Made by a program: the position numbers and the translations under genes | Part shown: piece after piece, positions 9,106 to 17,592 of the stretch | How the letters are laid out: each line of letters begins with the position of its first letter | Position numbering within the stretch: position 1 is the stretch's first letter | From: an uncultured Candidatus Saccharibacteria bacterium | Lineage (GTDB): Bacteria > Patescibacteriota > Minisyncoccia > Phycocordibacterales > UBA9973 | Assembly: GCA_964496425.1 (NCBI GenBank) | Contig: CAZBZO010000005.1 | Span: 10,015 to 74,014 of the forward strand | Length of the DNA stretch: 64,000 nucleotides | Direction of reading: 5' to 3' | Notes under the pieces: model-generated | Seen by the model: the letters and a program-made list of their open reading frames with translations, nothing else | Told to the model about the DNA's origin: nothing | Databases searched by the model: none

Positions 9106-10881
9106 ATGGAATCTAAAGTAGAAACAACCAAAACAGAACATTTTTCTTGGCTCGATGTGCCGAAGGCGATTTGGTATTTTCTTGATAAAGATAAAGCGAA
9201 ATTTGGCGTTTTCTTTTTTATTTTACTCGGTATTTTTTTCTACGATCTCGTACCTGTATATATTGTAGGAAAGATCGTTGATTTTTTTACTGCGTATACA
9301 CCAGGGCAATCTCTCAATTTGTTCTACTTCTATTCCTTTTTTGTTGGCTCTACGTGGATACTTGCCGCAATAATTCGCAATTATGCAAAAAATAGAATAA
9401 TGAGAATAGGTCAACATGCTCGATCAAATGCACGGATATGGGGGTTTGAGCGTCTTACAGAATTTTCACTTGAATGGCACAACAAGGAAAATACTGGCAA
9501 TAAACTTCAGCGAATTTTCACGGGCTCAGATGCGATTTACGAATTGATGAAAATAATACGAAGCAGATTGTTAAAAATTGCTTCAAGTATCGTGGGGGTA
9601 TTGGCGGTTTTCGTTTTTACAGATATAAAATTTGTCGTGCTAGTTTTTATATATAGTGCTGTATATTTATATGCTGAGTTTATTATCAGTAAGAGAATTT
9701 TTAGATTGAGTAATGAATTTAATACTCTAAATCAGTCAGCAAGTGGAACATACATGGAAAGTGCAGGCAACATACTCTCAGTGAAAGCGCTCGGTGGAGA
9801 GAGCGGTATCGTCAATCGTGTAATGAATAGAGAAATTCTTTCGAGGAACATTTCTATAAAAAAACTCAATGCGAACAGTTTTAAATGGCGAGTCTTAAAC
9901 GTTATTAGCGGCGCTGCGATCGGAGTATTCTTATTAATGACAGGATTTTCTGTACTTTCATCAGCGTTGACTTTAGGAATGGTTCTTGTGTTTTACACTT
10001 ATTTCTCAAAACTCGGTGAATCATTGGCAGATATGAGCGATTTACATTCTGACATGCTAGACGTGCGGTCAAATTTGGCACATATGATGCCGATATTTCG
10101 TGAGACGGAATTTATTAAAACCGGTAATGAAAGTTTCCCAGAATATTGGAATGCGATCAAGATAAATAACATTTCGATGGATTATGGATCAGGCCAGCAT
10201 GGACTCAAGGATTTTAGTTTAGAAATCGCACGTAATTCTAAAGTGGGCATTGCTGGGACCTCCGGCTCGGGTAAGTCGACGCTTGCGAAAATTATTTTGG
10301 GACTCTATAAAATCAAATCGGGTGGAATTCATGTAGGTGAGAGGGATTATTATGATATTTCCCACAACGACATGCTCGATCATATTACTGTTGTCCTCCA
10401 AGAAACCGAGCTTTTTAATCTTTCACTTCGCGAAAACATTACTATGATGCGGACCGAAAATAGCGAGCTTTTAAATCGTGCTGTAGAAATCTCCGAGCTC
10501 GGCGCGGTGATCGACCGTTTGCCTGAAGGTCTCGATGCCAAAATCGGGGAGAAGGGCTACATGCTCTCCGGCGGCGAACGCCAACGCCTCGGTATTGCTC
10601 GAGCGATTTATAAAAATGCCCCGATTATTCTCCTTGACGAAGCCACCTCAGCGCTTGATAGTGAGACTGAAGGCAAGATCATGGCAAAGCTTTTGGGTGA
10701 GTATGGCAAGGATAAGACATTTGTTATTATTGCTCACAGGCTAGGTACATTACGCTACACGGACCGCATTGCCGTGGTAGCCGATGGCAGCGTGGTGGAA
10801 GAGGGGAATTACACCGAACTCATGAGTAAACCGAAGTCATATTTTTCTCGGATGAATCAAGAGAAAAGTCAGAATATATGA
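9106..10881 (+). CDS. ABC transporter, fused permease/ATPase (type-I exporter half-transporter)
   Basis: N-terminal 6-TM domain, Walker A GTSGSGKST, signature LSGGERQRLGIARA, Walker B ILLDEATSALD. No C39 peptidase domain. Confidence 0.9.
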   Translation: MESKVETTKTEHFSWLDVPKAIWYFLDKDKAKFGVFFFILLGIFFYDLVPVYIVGKIVDFFTAYTPGQSLNLFYFYSFFVGSTWILAAIIRNYAKNRIMRIGQHARSNARIWGFERLTEFSLEWHNKENTGNKLQRIFTGSDAIYELMKIIRSRLLKIASSIVGVLAVFVFTDIKFVVLVFIYSAVYLYAEFIISKRIFRLSNEFNTLNQSASGTYMESAGNILSVKALGGESGIVNRVMNREILSRNISIKKLNANSFKWRVLNVISGAAIGVFLLMTGFSVLSSALTLGMVLVFYTYFSKLGESLADMSDLHSDMLDVRSNLAHMMPIFRETEFIKTGNESFPEYWNAIKINNISMDYGSGQHGLKDFSLEIARNSKVGIAGTSGSGKSTLAKIILGLYKIKSGGIHVGERDYYDISHNDMLDHITVVLQETELFNLSLRENITMMRTENSELLNRAVEISELGAVIDRLPEGLDAKIGEKGYMLSGGERQRLGIARAIYKNAPIILLDEATSALDSETEGKIMAKLLGEYGKDKTFVIIAHRLGTLRYTDRIAVVADGSVVEEGNYTELMSKPKSYFSRMNQEKSQNI

Positions 10882-12590
10882 AGAAAGAAACGAAACAATG
10901 TAAGAATTGCGCAAAAGATTTCACTATAGAGTCGGATGACTTTGATTTTTATGAAAAGGTAAAGGTTCCGCCGCCAACGTTTTGTCCGGAGTGTCGCATG
11001 ATCCGCAGATTTCAGCTTCGCAACGAACGCACCTGGCATCGTCGTGTCTGTGATGCGACTGGCAAACCTCTGCTTTCTATGTTTGCATCTGATGTGCCAT
11101 ACAAAGTCTATGAGCTCAATTATTGGAAGAGTGATGCCTGGGATCCGATGGAATATGGGCACGTCTATGACTCGTCGCGCTCCTTTTTTGCCCAATTCGA
11201 CGAGCTCATGCGTGCGGTGCCGCATGCCAACTTGATTCAGAAAAACAACGCCAATAGTGACTATTCAAATGCGACGCTCAATGCCAAGAATTGTTACTAT
11301 TGTTCAAGTCTTGATACGGGGGAGGATTGCAGTTATTGCTTTACTGGCAACATTCGTATAAAAAATTGCCTTGACCTGCATCAATCTATCGATGACGAAT
11401 TCTCGTATGAGCTTGTGGATTGCCTCAAATGCAACCGGCTTTTATTTGGACAAAATTGCGAAGGATGCGTAGATTCGATGTTTTTGTATGATTGTCGCAA
11501 CTGCACCAATTGTTTCGGTTGTGTGGGACTTCGCAATAAACAGTACTGTATATGGAATGAGCAGCATTCGCGTGAGGACTATCTTGAGCAAATGAAACAG
11601 CTGCGAGCGGGAAGCTATCAGACTCTACTCGCGGCTAAAGAAAAATTTGAAGAACTGAAGCTCCGGGTGCCGCGAAAATTTGCTGTCATTCAAAAAGCTG
11701 AGAATGTTTCCGGTGACGATATTTTAAATGCTCGCAACTGCCACCAATGCTTCGTCGTGCGAAATAGCGTAGAGAACTTAAAGTACTGCTATCGTGTCTG
11801 GGAAAACTCTAAAGATATTTGGGATGGGTTTGTGGCCTGGCGTGGATCAGAAATGATGTACGAAGTAGTGAGCTGTACTGGTCAGCGTATTTATTTCTCC
11901 GCCTATATTTGGGGCGGCAATGACATTTTTTATTCGTACAATTGTTTCGATTGCAACAATATCTTTGGCTGTGTCGGTCTCCGAAGCAAATCGTACTGCA
12001 TTTTTAATACCCAATACTCGAAAGAAGAGTATGAAGTATTGATAGCGCAAATCATTGAAAAAATGAAAATAGATGGTGAGTACGGAGAATTTTTCCCTGC
12101 AAGCATTTCGCCCTTCGCGTACAATGAAACAGTAGCACAGGATTATTTTCCCAAAATCAAAGATGATGCACAGGCGAGTGGGTATCGATGGCGAGACGCG
12201 GAAGAAAAAAACTACAATGTTACGATGAAAAGCGAGGCGATCCCAGACGGTATCGCCGAAGCAAGCGACGATATTTTAAAAGAAGTGATCGAATGCGCAC
12301 ACCAAGGAGTATGTAGCGAACAATGCGCGACGGCGTTTCGTCTTACCTCTGACGAGCTCGTTTTTTACCGTACCATGAAACTTCCACTCCCACGACTCTG
12401 TCCGTCATGTCGCCACTATGGTCGGGTCAAGCTCAAAAATCCGCTTCGGCTTTGGAATCGCACCTGTACGTGCGAGCGGGATACTCATACTCACTCGGGA
12501 CCTTGTTCCAATACATTTCAAACGCCGTATTCACCGGAGCGCTCGGAGATGATATATTGCGAAGAATGTTACAATGCGGAAATAGTTTAA
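10878..12590 (+). CDS. Cysteine-rich protein, paralogue B (same architecture as 7353-9104)
   Basis: 570 aa. MKKETKQCKNCAKDFTIESDDFDFYEKVKVPPPTFCPEC matches the paralogue A N-terminus. 4-nt overlap with the ABC gene stop. Confidence 0.8.
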   Translation: MKKETKQCKNCAKDFTIESDDFDFYEKVKVPPPTFCPECRMIRRFQLRNERTWHRRVCDATGKPLLSMFASDVPYKVYELNYWKSDAWDPMEYGHVYDSSRSFFAQFDELMRAVPHANLIQKNNANSDYSNATLNAKNCYYCSSLDTGEDCSYCFTGNIRIKNCLDLHQSIDDEFSYELVDCLKCNRLLFGQNCEGCVDSMFLYDCRNCTNCFGCVGLRNKQYCIWNEQHSREDYLEQMKQLRAGSYQTLLAAKEKFEELKLRVPRKFAVIQKAENVSGDDILNARNCHQCFVVRNSVENLKYCYRVWENSKDIWDGFVAWRGSEMMYEVVSCTGQRIYFSAYIWGGNDIFYSYNCFDCNNIFGCVGLRSKSYCIFNTQYSKEEYEVLIAQIIEKMKIDGEYGEFFPASISPFAYNETVAQDYFPKIKDDAQASGYRWRDAEEKNYNVTMKSEAIPDGIAEASDDILKEVIECAHQGVCSEQCATAFRLTSDELVFYRTMKLPLPRLCPSCRHYGRVKLKNPLRLWNRTCTCERDTHTHSGPCSNTFQTPYSPERSEMIYCEECYNAEIV

Positions 12591-12605
12591 ATAGTAAGTA
12601 GAAAA

Positions 12606-13403
12606 ATGCAAACAAAAGGCAAAAAGCAACGAATAAAACCAAAAGTCATCGTCATGTCTGGCTACGGGCTCAACTGCGAAGAAGAGACCAAGTACGCTTT
12701 CGAATGGGCTGGCGCGGTGGCTGACATCGTCCATATCAATGACCTGATCGACGGACGCAAAAAGCTCAAGGGCTATCAGATCTTAGCGGTACCAGGTGGA
12801 TTTTCGTACGGTGACGACACAGGGTCTGGCAAAGCCTATGCCAATAAAATGAAAAATCACCTCATGGATGATCTAGAGAATTTTATTGCTCGCGATACGC
12901 TCATGATCGGTATATGCAATGGCTTTCAAGTGCTCACCTCAGCTGGCTTTCTACCTGGCGCGCTGACCTACAATGAAAGTGCGCGATATATCGACCGTTG
13001 GGTAGATCTCAAAATCGAAAATCAAAGAAGTCCCTGGCTCTCTGGCATTACCACGCTTTCCGTACCTATTGCTCATGGTGAAGGTAAATATATTTTTGAT
13101 GCAAAGATAAAAAAAGAACTTGAGCGTGATAATAGTATCGCACTTCGCTATACCAAAGGCGACATGTGTAAGTATCAAAATTTACAAGCCAATCCAAATG
13201 GTGCTATGGAAGACATAGCAGGCGTGACGGCAAAAAATGGTAGAATACTCGGCATGATGCCGCACCCAGAACGAGCCATGTTTTCTCATCAATTGCCAAA
13301 CTTTTCGCTTGAAAAAGAAAAAGCCAAGCGTGCCGGAAAAGAAATTCCCGAAGAAGGACCAGGACTCCAGATTTTTAGAAACGCTATAAAATATTTTCAA
13401 TAA
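12606..13403 (+). CDS. purQ: Phosphoribosylformylglycinamidine synthase glutaminase subunit
   Basis: Class-I glutamine amidotransferase features: GICNGFQ nucleophile elbow and a PHPER-containing C-terminus. Confidence 0.88.
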   Translation: MQTKGKKQRIKPKVIVMSGYGLNCEEETKYAFEWAGAVADIVHINDLIDGRKKLKGYQILAVPGGFSYGDDTGSGKAYANKMKNHLMDDLENFIARDTLMIGICNGFQVLTSAGFLPGALTYNESARYIDRWVDLKIENQRSPWLSGITTLSVPIAHGEGKYIFDAKIKKELERDNSIALRYTKGDMCKYQNLQANPNGAMEDIAGVTAKNGRILGMMPHPERAMFSHQLPNFSLEKEKAKRAGKEIPEEGPGLQIFRNAIKYFQ

Positions 13404-13406
13404 TAT

Positions 13407-14846
13407 ATGCACGACCTTACAGAAAAATGCGGTATTTTCGGCATCTATGGTCGCGACATGGATGTGTCACGCTTGGCCTTCTTCGGCCTCTTTGCGCTCC
13501 AGCATCGCGGACAAGAAAGTTCGGGTATGTCGGTCGGCGATGGCGAAAAAATAATTTCCTATCGTGGTGCAGGACTTGTGTCAGCAGTGTATAACGAGCA
13601 AAACCTAAAACGCCTGCAAGGGCATATTGCCATCGGCCACAATCGTTACTCGACCTCTGGTGCATCGGTCCTCTGTCATTCTCAGCCGATCGCGATCGGA
13701 GAAACATTTGATTTTCAAAATGAGATGCGTGAGGGAAGTATCGGCGGCTTAGTCGCTTTTGCTCACAATGGCAACTTGCCATCAGTCACGGCGCTTACAG
13801 AGTTTTTGAAAGACAAAGGTGTTTTGCTTGATGAACGTTCGGACTCTGAACTTATGGCCGAAGCGATTTTGTATTATGTAAAAAATGGCAAAAGCCTGCC
13901 GGAAGCTATGCGCGAAGCCTATCCGCTTTTTACCGGAGCATTTTCGCTGGTGGTAGCAACCAAAGATACTTTAGTCGCTGTGCGTGATAGCTGTGGTATT
14001 CGTCCGCTTTCGCTTGGGAAACTCAACGGCGGTCATATCGTAGCATCGGAGACCTGCGCATTTAAAACGATTGGTGCGGAGTTTGTACGTGATATTTTGC
14101 CAGGTGAAATGGTAGTGATTGACGATACAGGCGTACAGTCGATCCAGATCGTTCCGCCAAACCCTAAGCTTGATATTTTTGAATTTGTCTATTTCGCCCG
14201 AGCGGACAGTACAATTGACGGACAGTTGGTCTATGAAGTCCGTAAGCGCTGTGGGGAAGAGTTGGCACGAGAATATCATATTGAGGCTGATATCGTGATC
14301 CCAATCCCAGAGACGGCTATACCGGTCGCTATCGGCTACGCCAATGTCTCCAAAATCCCGATTGAAATGGCACTGGTGAAAAACCGTTACGTGCATCGAA
14401 CCTTTATCGAGCCGGAACAACACTCACGCGATCTCGGCGTGAAGCTCAAACTCGTGCCCTTGCCTGAAATGATCACTGACAAGCGTGTGGTGGTCATGGA
14501 CGACTCTATTGTGCGTGGTACAACTTCACGACAGATCGTGGCAATGCTCTTTGAAGCTGGAGCCAAAGAAGTACATTTTCTGATCAGCTCGCCGCCGGTC
14601 CGCTTCCCAGACTTTTATGGTATCAATACGCCTGATCAAAAAGATCTGATCGCTTCGCAAAAAACCGTGGAAGAAATCCGCGAATACCTCGGCGCCACCT
14701 CGCTTGGCTATTTGTCACTCGACGGCCTCGTGAAATCCACGGGTCTCCCGAAAGATCACTTTTCAATGTCGTGCTTTACCGGTGAGTATCCGATCGATCT
14801 CCACGAGCGCGCACACGATTTCTCGCACGATGTGCCAAAAAATTAA
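13407..14846 (+). CDS. purF: Amidophosphoribosyltransferase
   Basis: Ntn nucleophile at MHDLTEKCGIFGI. C-terminal phosphoribosyltransferase motif VVMDDSIVRGTT. Confidence 0.93.
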   Translation: MHDLTEKCGIFGIYGRDMDVSRLAFFGLFALQHRGQESSGMSVGDGEKIISYRGAGLVSAVYNEQNLKRLQGHIAIGHNRYSTSGASVLCHSQPIAIGETFDFQNEMREGSIGGLVAFAHNGNLPSVTALTEFLKDKGVLLDERSDSELMAEAILYYVKNGKSLPEAMREAYPLFTGAFSLVVATKDTLVAVRDSCGIRPLSLGKLNGGHIVASETCAFKTIGAEFVRDILPGEMVVIDDTGVQSIQIVPPNPKLDIFEFVYFARADSTIDGQLVYEVRKRCGEELAREYHIEADIVIPIPETAIPVAIGYANVSKIPIEMALVKNRYVHRTFIEPEQHSRDLGVKLKLVPLPEMITDKRVVVMDDSIVRGTTSRQIVAMLFEAGAKEVHFLISSPPVRFPDFYGINTPDQKDLIASQKTVEEIREYLGATSLGYLSLDGLVKSTGLPKDHFSMSCFTGEYPIDLHERAHDFSHDVPKN

Positions 14847-14861
14847 TTTTACATAAAAAAA

Positions 14862-14897
14862 GGGCGGTCTGATAATTCAGACCGCCCTTTCAATTTT
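14862..14897. terminator. Rho-independent terminator (GGGCGGTCTGA-TAAT-TCAGACCGCCC then T-run)
   Basis: Perfect 11-bp GC-rich stem followed by TTTCAATTTTTAATT. Lies between the convergent purF (+) and the downstream minus-strand genes. Confidence 0.8.
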
Positions 14898-14906
14898 TAA
14901 TTAGAT

Positions 14907-15266
14907 TCAGAATTTAATCTGATCTAAGCCGATTAAACCTGCAACTGTACCACCATTTTTGAGAAAGTAGTATCCCATCATTACCAATGCCAACAAAACT
15001 CCAGAAAGCCATCCGTCAAGGAATTCTTTCGTTTGCATAAATTTTGGGATTATTCTTTCGGAGAAACGTTCCAGTTTATTTCTGAAAATAATAAATAGAA
15101 TTGCTAACCCAATGATTCCCCAAAGCCAATACCAAAGTATTCCAATTTGAAACATTTTGTAATAGAGGGGAATGATTGCCAAAGTAGTTACTCCCATGAA
15201 TACTGGTGTTAATAATCCGGTTGACCATCCCAGAAAACGATTGCGGAATTGAATTGCAGTGATCAT
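14907..15266 (-). CDS. Small integral membrane protein, hypothetical
   Basis: 119 aa with 3-4 predicted TM helices. No recognisable family. Confidence 0.5.
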   Translation of the reverse strand: MITAIQFRNRFLGWSTGLLTPVFMGVTTLAIIPLYYKMFQIGILWYWLWGIIGLAILFIIFRNKLERFSERIIPKFMQTKEFLDGWLSGVLLALVMMGYYFLKNGGTVAGLIGLDQIKF

Positions 15267-15447
15267 GATTGTTGATTTTTGAGTTTAGAAATTAGTTTGT
15301 GAAAAGCTCTGTTTACCACAGGGGATAGACAAGGCTTTTCACAAACCGACTCAAAACTAATTTTTGTCAGAGAACAGTTATTAATAGTAATTATAGCAAA
15401 AATATCCTTATTTGTCAAGGATAAAAAACCTTGTATTTAAATGGTTT

Positions 15448-16158
15448 TTAATGCTCGTGGGGAATAAGTATCAAAATTGCCGAGAGAAGAATAGCTCCAA
15501 CGACAAATCCCCAAATGGTATTTTGGGTCCATTTCGTATGGCGAATGTCGGTACTCACTTTCCAAGAAATGATTCCGGCTGAAAGCGCAATGAGAATACT
15601 TTCAAGTGCCGCTCCATTTTTCAGGAAAAGTGCTAAGAGTACGCTTAAAGAAACAAAAAATGAAATGAAAAGTGCACGCTTTGGCTTGATACCGCTATCC
15701 ACCAGGAGTACTTGCTGTCCGCTTTGTTGGACCATTTGATGACCGATGATGCCGGCAAGGGAGGTCAGTCCCACTCCGATACTAAAACCAAATCCCGAAA
15801 TGATAGCGATACCGTCGACGATATTGTGGAGGAAATCAGAAAGAAGGATCCGCCAGGTACTGGCTTTGGTGTGATGATGTTTTCCCTCGGCACTTTCGTG
15901 GTGGTGGTGGAATTCTTTGAAATACACGCCGATCAAAATACTTATGATGAGCCCGGCAAGCGCCCAGAGGGAAGCAGGAAGTACGCCACGTTGCTCAATG
16001 GCTTCCCGGAGAAGTAAAATAACGAGCGTCGCATAGACACCGAGACCAAAGCCGCGGACTGCGCTTTTTTGGAAAAATTCTCGATTGCGAGGCAAAAGCA
16101 ACACCAAAGCCATTGGTACCAGTGCCGCAGCAAGTAAATATAAAATAATATGTGTCAC
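15448..16158 (-). CDS. zupT: ZIP-family metal (zinc) transporter
   Basis: Eight-TM topology, His-rich loop HHHHESAEGKHHH, and conserved HNIVDGIAI and GHQ motifs of the ZIP family. Confidence 0.8.
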   Translation of the reverse strand: MTHIILYLLAAALVPMALVLLLPRNREFFQKSAVRGFGLGVYATLVILLLREAIEQRGVLPASLWALAGLIISILIGVYFKEFHHHHESAEGKHHHTKASTWRILLSDFLHNIVDGIAIISGFGFSIGVGLTSLAGIIGHQMVQQSGQQVLLVDSGIKPKRALFISFFVSLSVLLALFLKNGAALESILIALSAGIISWKVSTDIRHTKWTQNTIWGFVVGAILLSAILILIPHEH

Positions 16159-16307
16159 CAGATTAGTATAAACATTATTGGAGAAGTCACAAGTATGGGG
16201 TATAAATAGGGAGTTTGGAATTACAAATTAGTAATTACTAATTACAAATTGAAATAATAACTACTAGGACGAGTATTCATTTGTAATTTTTAATTCAGCA
16301 TTATTTT

Positions 16308-17027
16308 ATGCGCATTGCATTACTTATATCTGGTAGTGGAACAACAGCCGAAGCGATCATCAAAGCTTGCACGAGCGGGCGGCTTTCGGGTGTCGAGCCA
16401 GCTCTTGTGATCGCCAGCCGTGCCGACAGTGGCGGTATTGTCCGAGCCAAAGAAGCCGGCATAAAAGAGGAAGATATCGTAGTCATTGATCCAAAAACAT
16501 TTGCGGGCAGTGAAGAGTTCGGTCAGGCGATTATTGTTGAATGCAAAAAAAGAAATGTGGATTTTGTCGGCCAGTACGGCTGGATGATAAAAACACCAGA
16601 AAATGTGATTCGTGAATATGAAGGCATGATGACCAACCAACATCCGGGACCGCTTGATCCTGGCCGTGCAGACTTCGGCGGAGTAGGAATGTACGGTATG
16701 CGAGTACATCAGGCACGACTGTGCTTTGTGAAGAAAACTGATAGGGAATATTGGAGTGAAGCCACGGCCCAACGAGTGGCAGTGCATTTCGATGAAGGTG
16801 CTGTGGTTCACAGCAAGCGTGTAGAGATACTTCCTGACGATACTGCCGAAACACTTGCCGCTCGCATGCTTCCGATCGAACATGAAGTGCAGATTGAAAC
16901 CTTACAAATGTTTGCAAATAAAGCCGTAAAGGAAATTATTCGCGATACACCATTCGTCTTCCCTGGGGAGGAAGGAATTCTTAAAGTATGTAAAAAAGAA
17001 GCTGTTCAGTTATATCCAAATGGGTAG
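16308..17027 (+). CDS. purN: Phosphoribosylglycinamide formyltransferase-like (PurN-type formyltransferase)
   Basis: N-terminus MRIALLISGSGTTAEAIIKA resembles the PurN start. N-x-H (NQHPGPL) and a downstream Asp are present. Divergent, 239 aa. Confidence 0.55.
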   Translation: MRIALLISGSGTTAEAIIKACTSGRLSGVEPALVIASRADSGGIVRAKEAGIKEEDIVVIDPKTFAGSEEFGQAIIVECKKRNVDFVGQYGWMIKTPENVIREYEGMMTNQHPGPLDPGRADFGGVGMYGMRVHQARLCFVKKTDREYWSEATAQRVAVHFDEGAVVHSKRVEILPDDTAETLAARMLPIEHEVQIETLQMFANKAVKEIIRDTPFVFPGEEGILKVCKKEAVQLYPNG

Positions 17028-17029
17028 AA

Positions 17030-17070
17030 TTTTATAAAAAAAGCGACCTTAAGTTGATAAGGTCGCTGAT
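17030..17070. terminator. Bidirectional terminator hairpin (GCGACCTTA-AGTTGA-TAAGGTCGC) with flanking A/T runs
   Basis: Perfect 9-bp stem. The reverse-complement side is followed by TTTTTTTT. Confidence 0.7.
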
Positions 17071-17088
17071 TGTGACTAATTTTAGTCT

Positions 17089-17502
17089 TTATTTTTGAGA
17101 AACTACTACCAGGAGTTTATTTTGTGTACGGTTTTTTTTCTTTGCTTCATGACCATCTTGAGTCAGAAATTCTATGCTTTCTTCAAGCATTTCTTTCATT
17201 TGTGGCCCCGCGAAAGCTATCATGTAGGAATGCGCAGGAAGCTCTATAAATTTACCAGTACTTTTACCATTTTTTATACCTAAATCTTCGGTACCTATAC
17301 CAAATACATTCCCCAAAAATTCTGGATTTGTTTTCTCGTATCCTTCAGTCTGAGCCTTTTCAGAATTCTCCATTACAGCTTGACGGATATTTGTTTCATT
17401 TACGCCATAGTGATTTAGTTTGATTAATAAATAGCCCGTAAGCCATTTTTTCTCGTTCCGGTCATGTTTTTCGGAGAGTGAACCAAGATTTATAGTTTTC
17501 AT
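17089..17502 (-). CDS. Hypothetical protein
   Basis: 137-aa ORF. No motif recognised. Confidence 0.45.
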   Translation of the reverse strand: MKTINLGSLSEKHDRNEKKWLTGYLLIKLNHYGVNETNIRQAVMENSEKAQTEGYEKTNPEFLGNVFGIGTEDLGIKNGKSTGKFIELPAHSYMIAFAGPQMKEMLEESIEFLTQDGHEAKKKNRTQNKLLVVVSQK

Positions 17503-17592
17503 TTTTTTAAATTATTTTTTCGATATTAACACTAAATTTTAAATAAGTCAAATTTTCTACTATTTTAAATTTAGTTGTGTTACTATTCCGGC

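Noticed and set aside
15780-15830. His-run (HHHHESAEGKHHH) as a possible engineered tag or foreign insertion
   Set aside because: His-rich cytoplasmic loops are a native hallmark of ZIP transporters.
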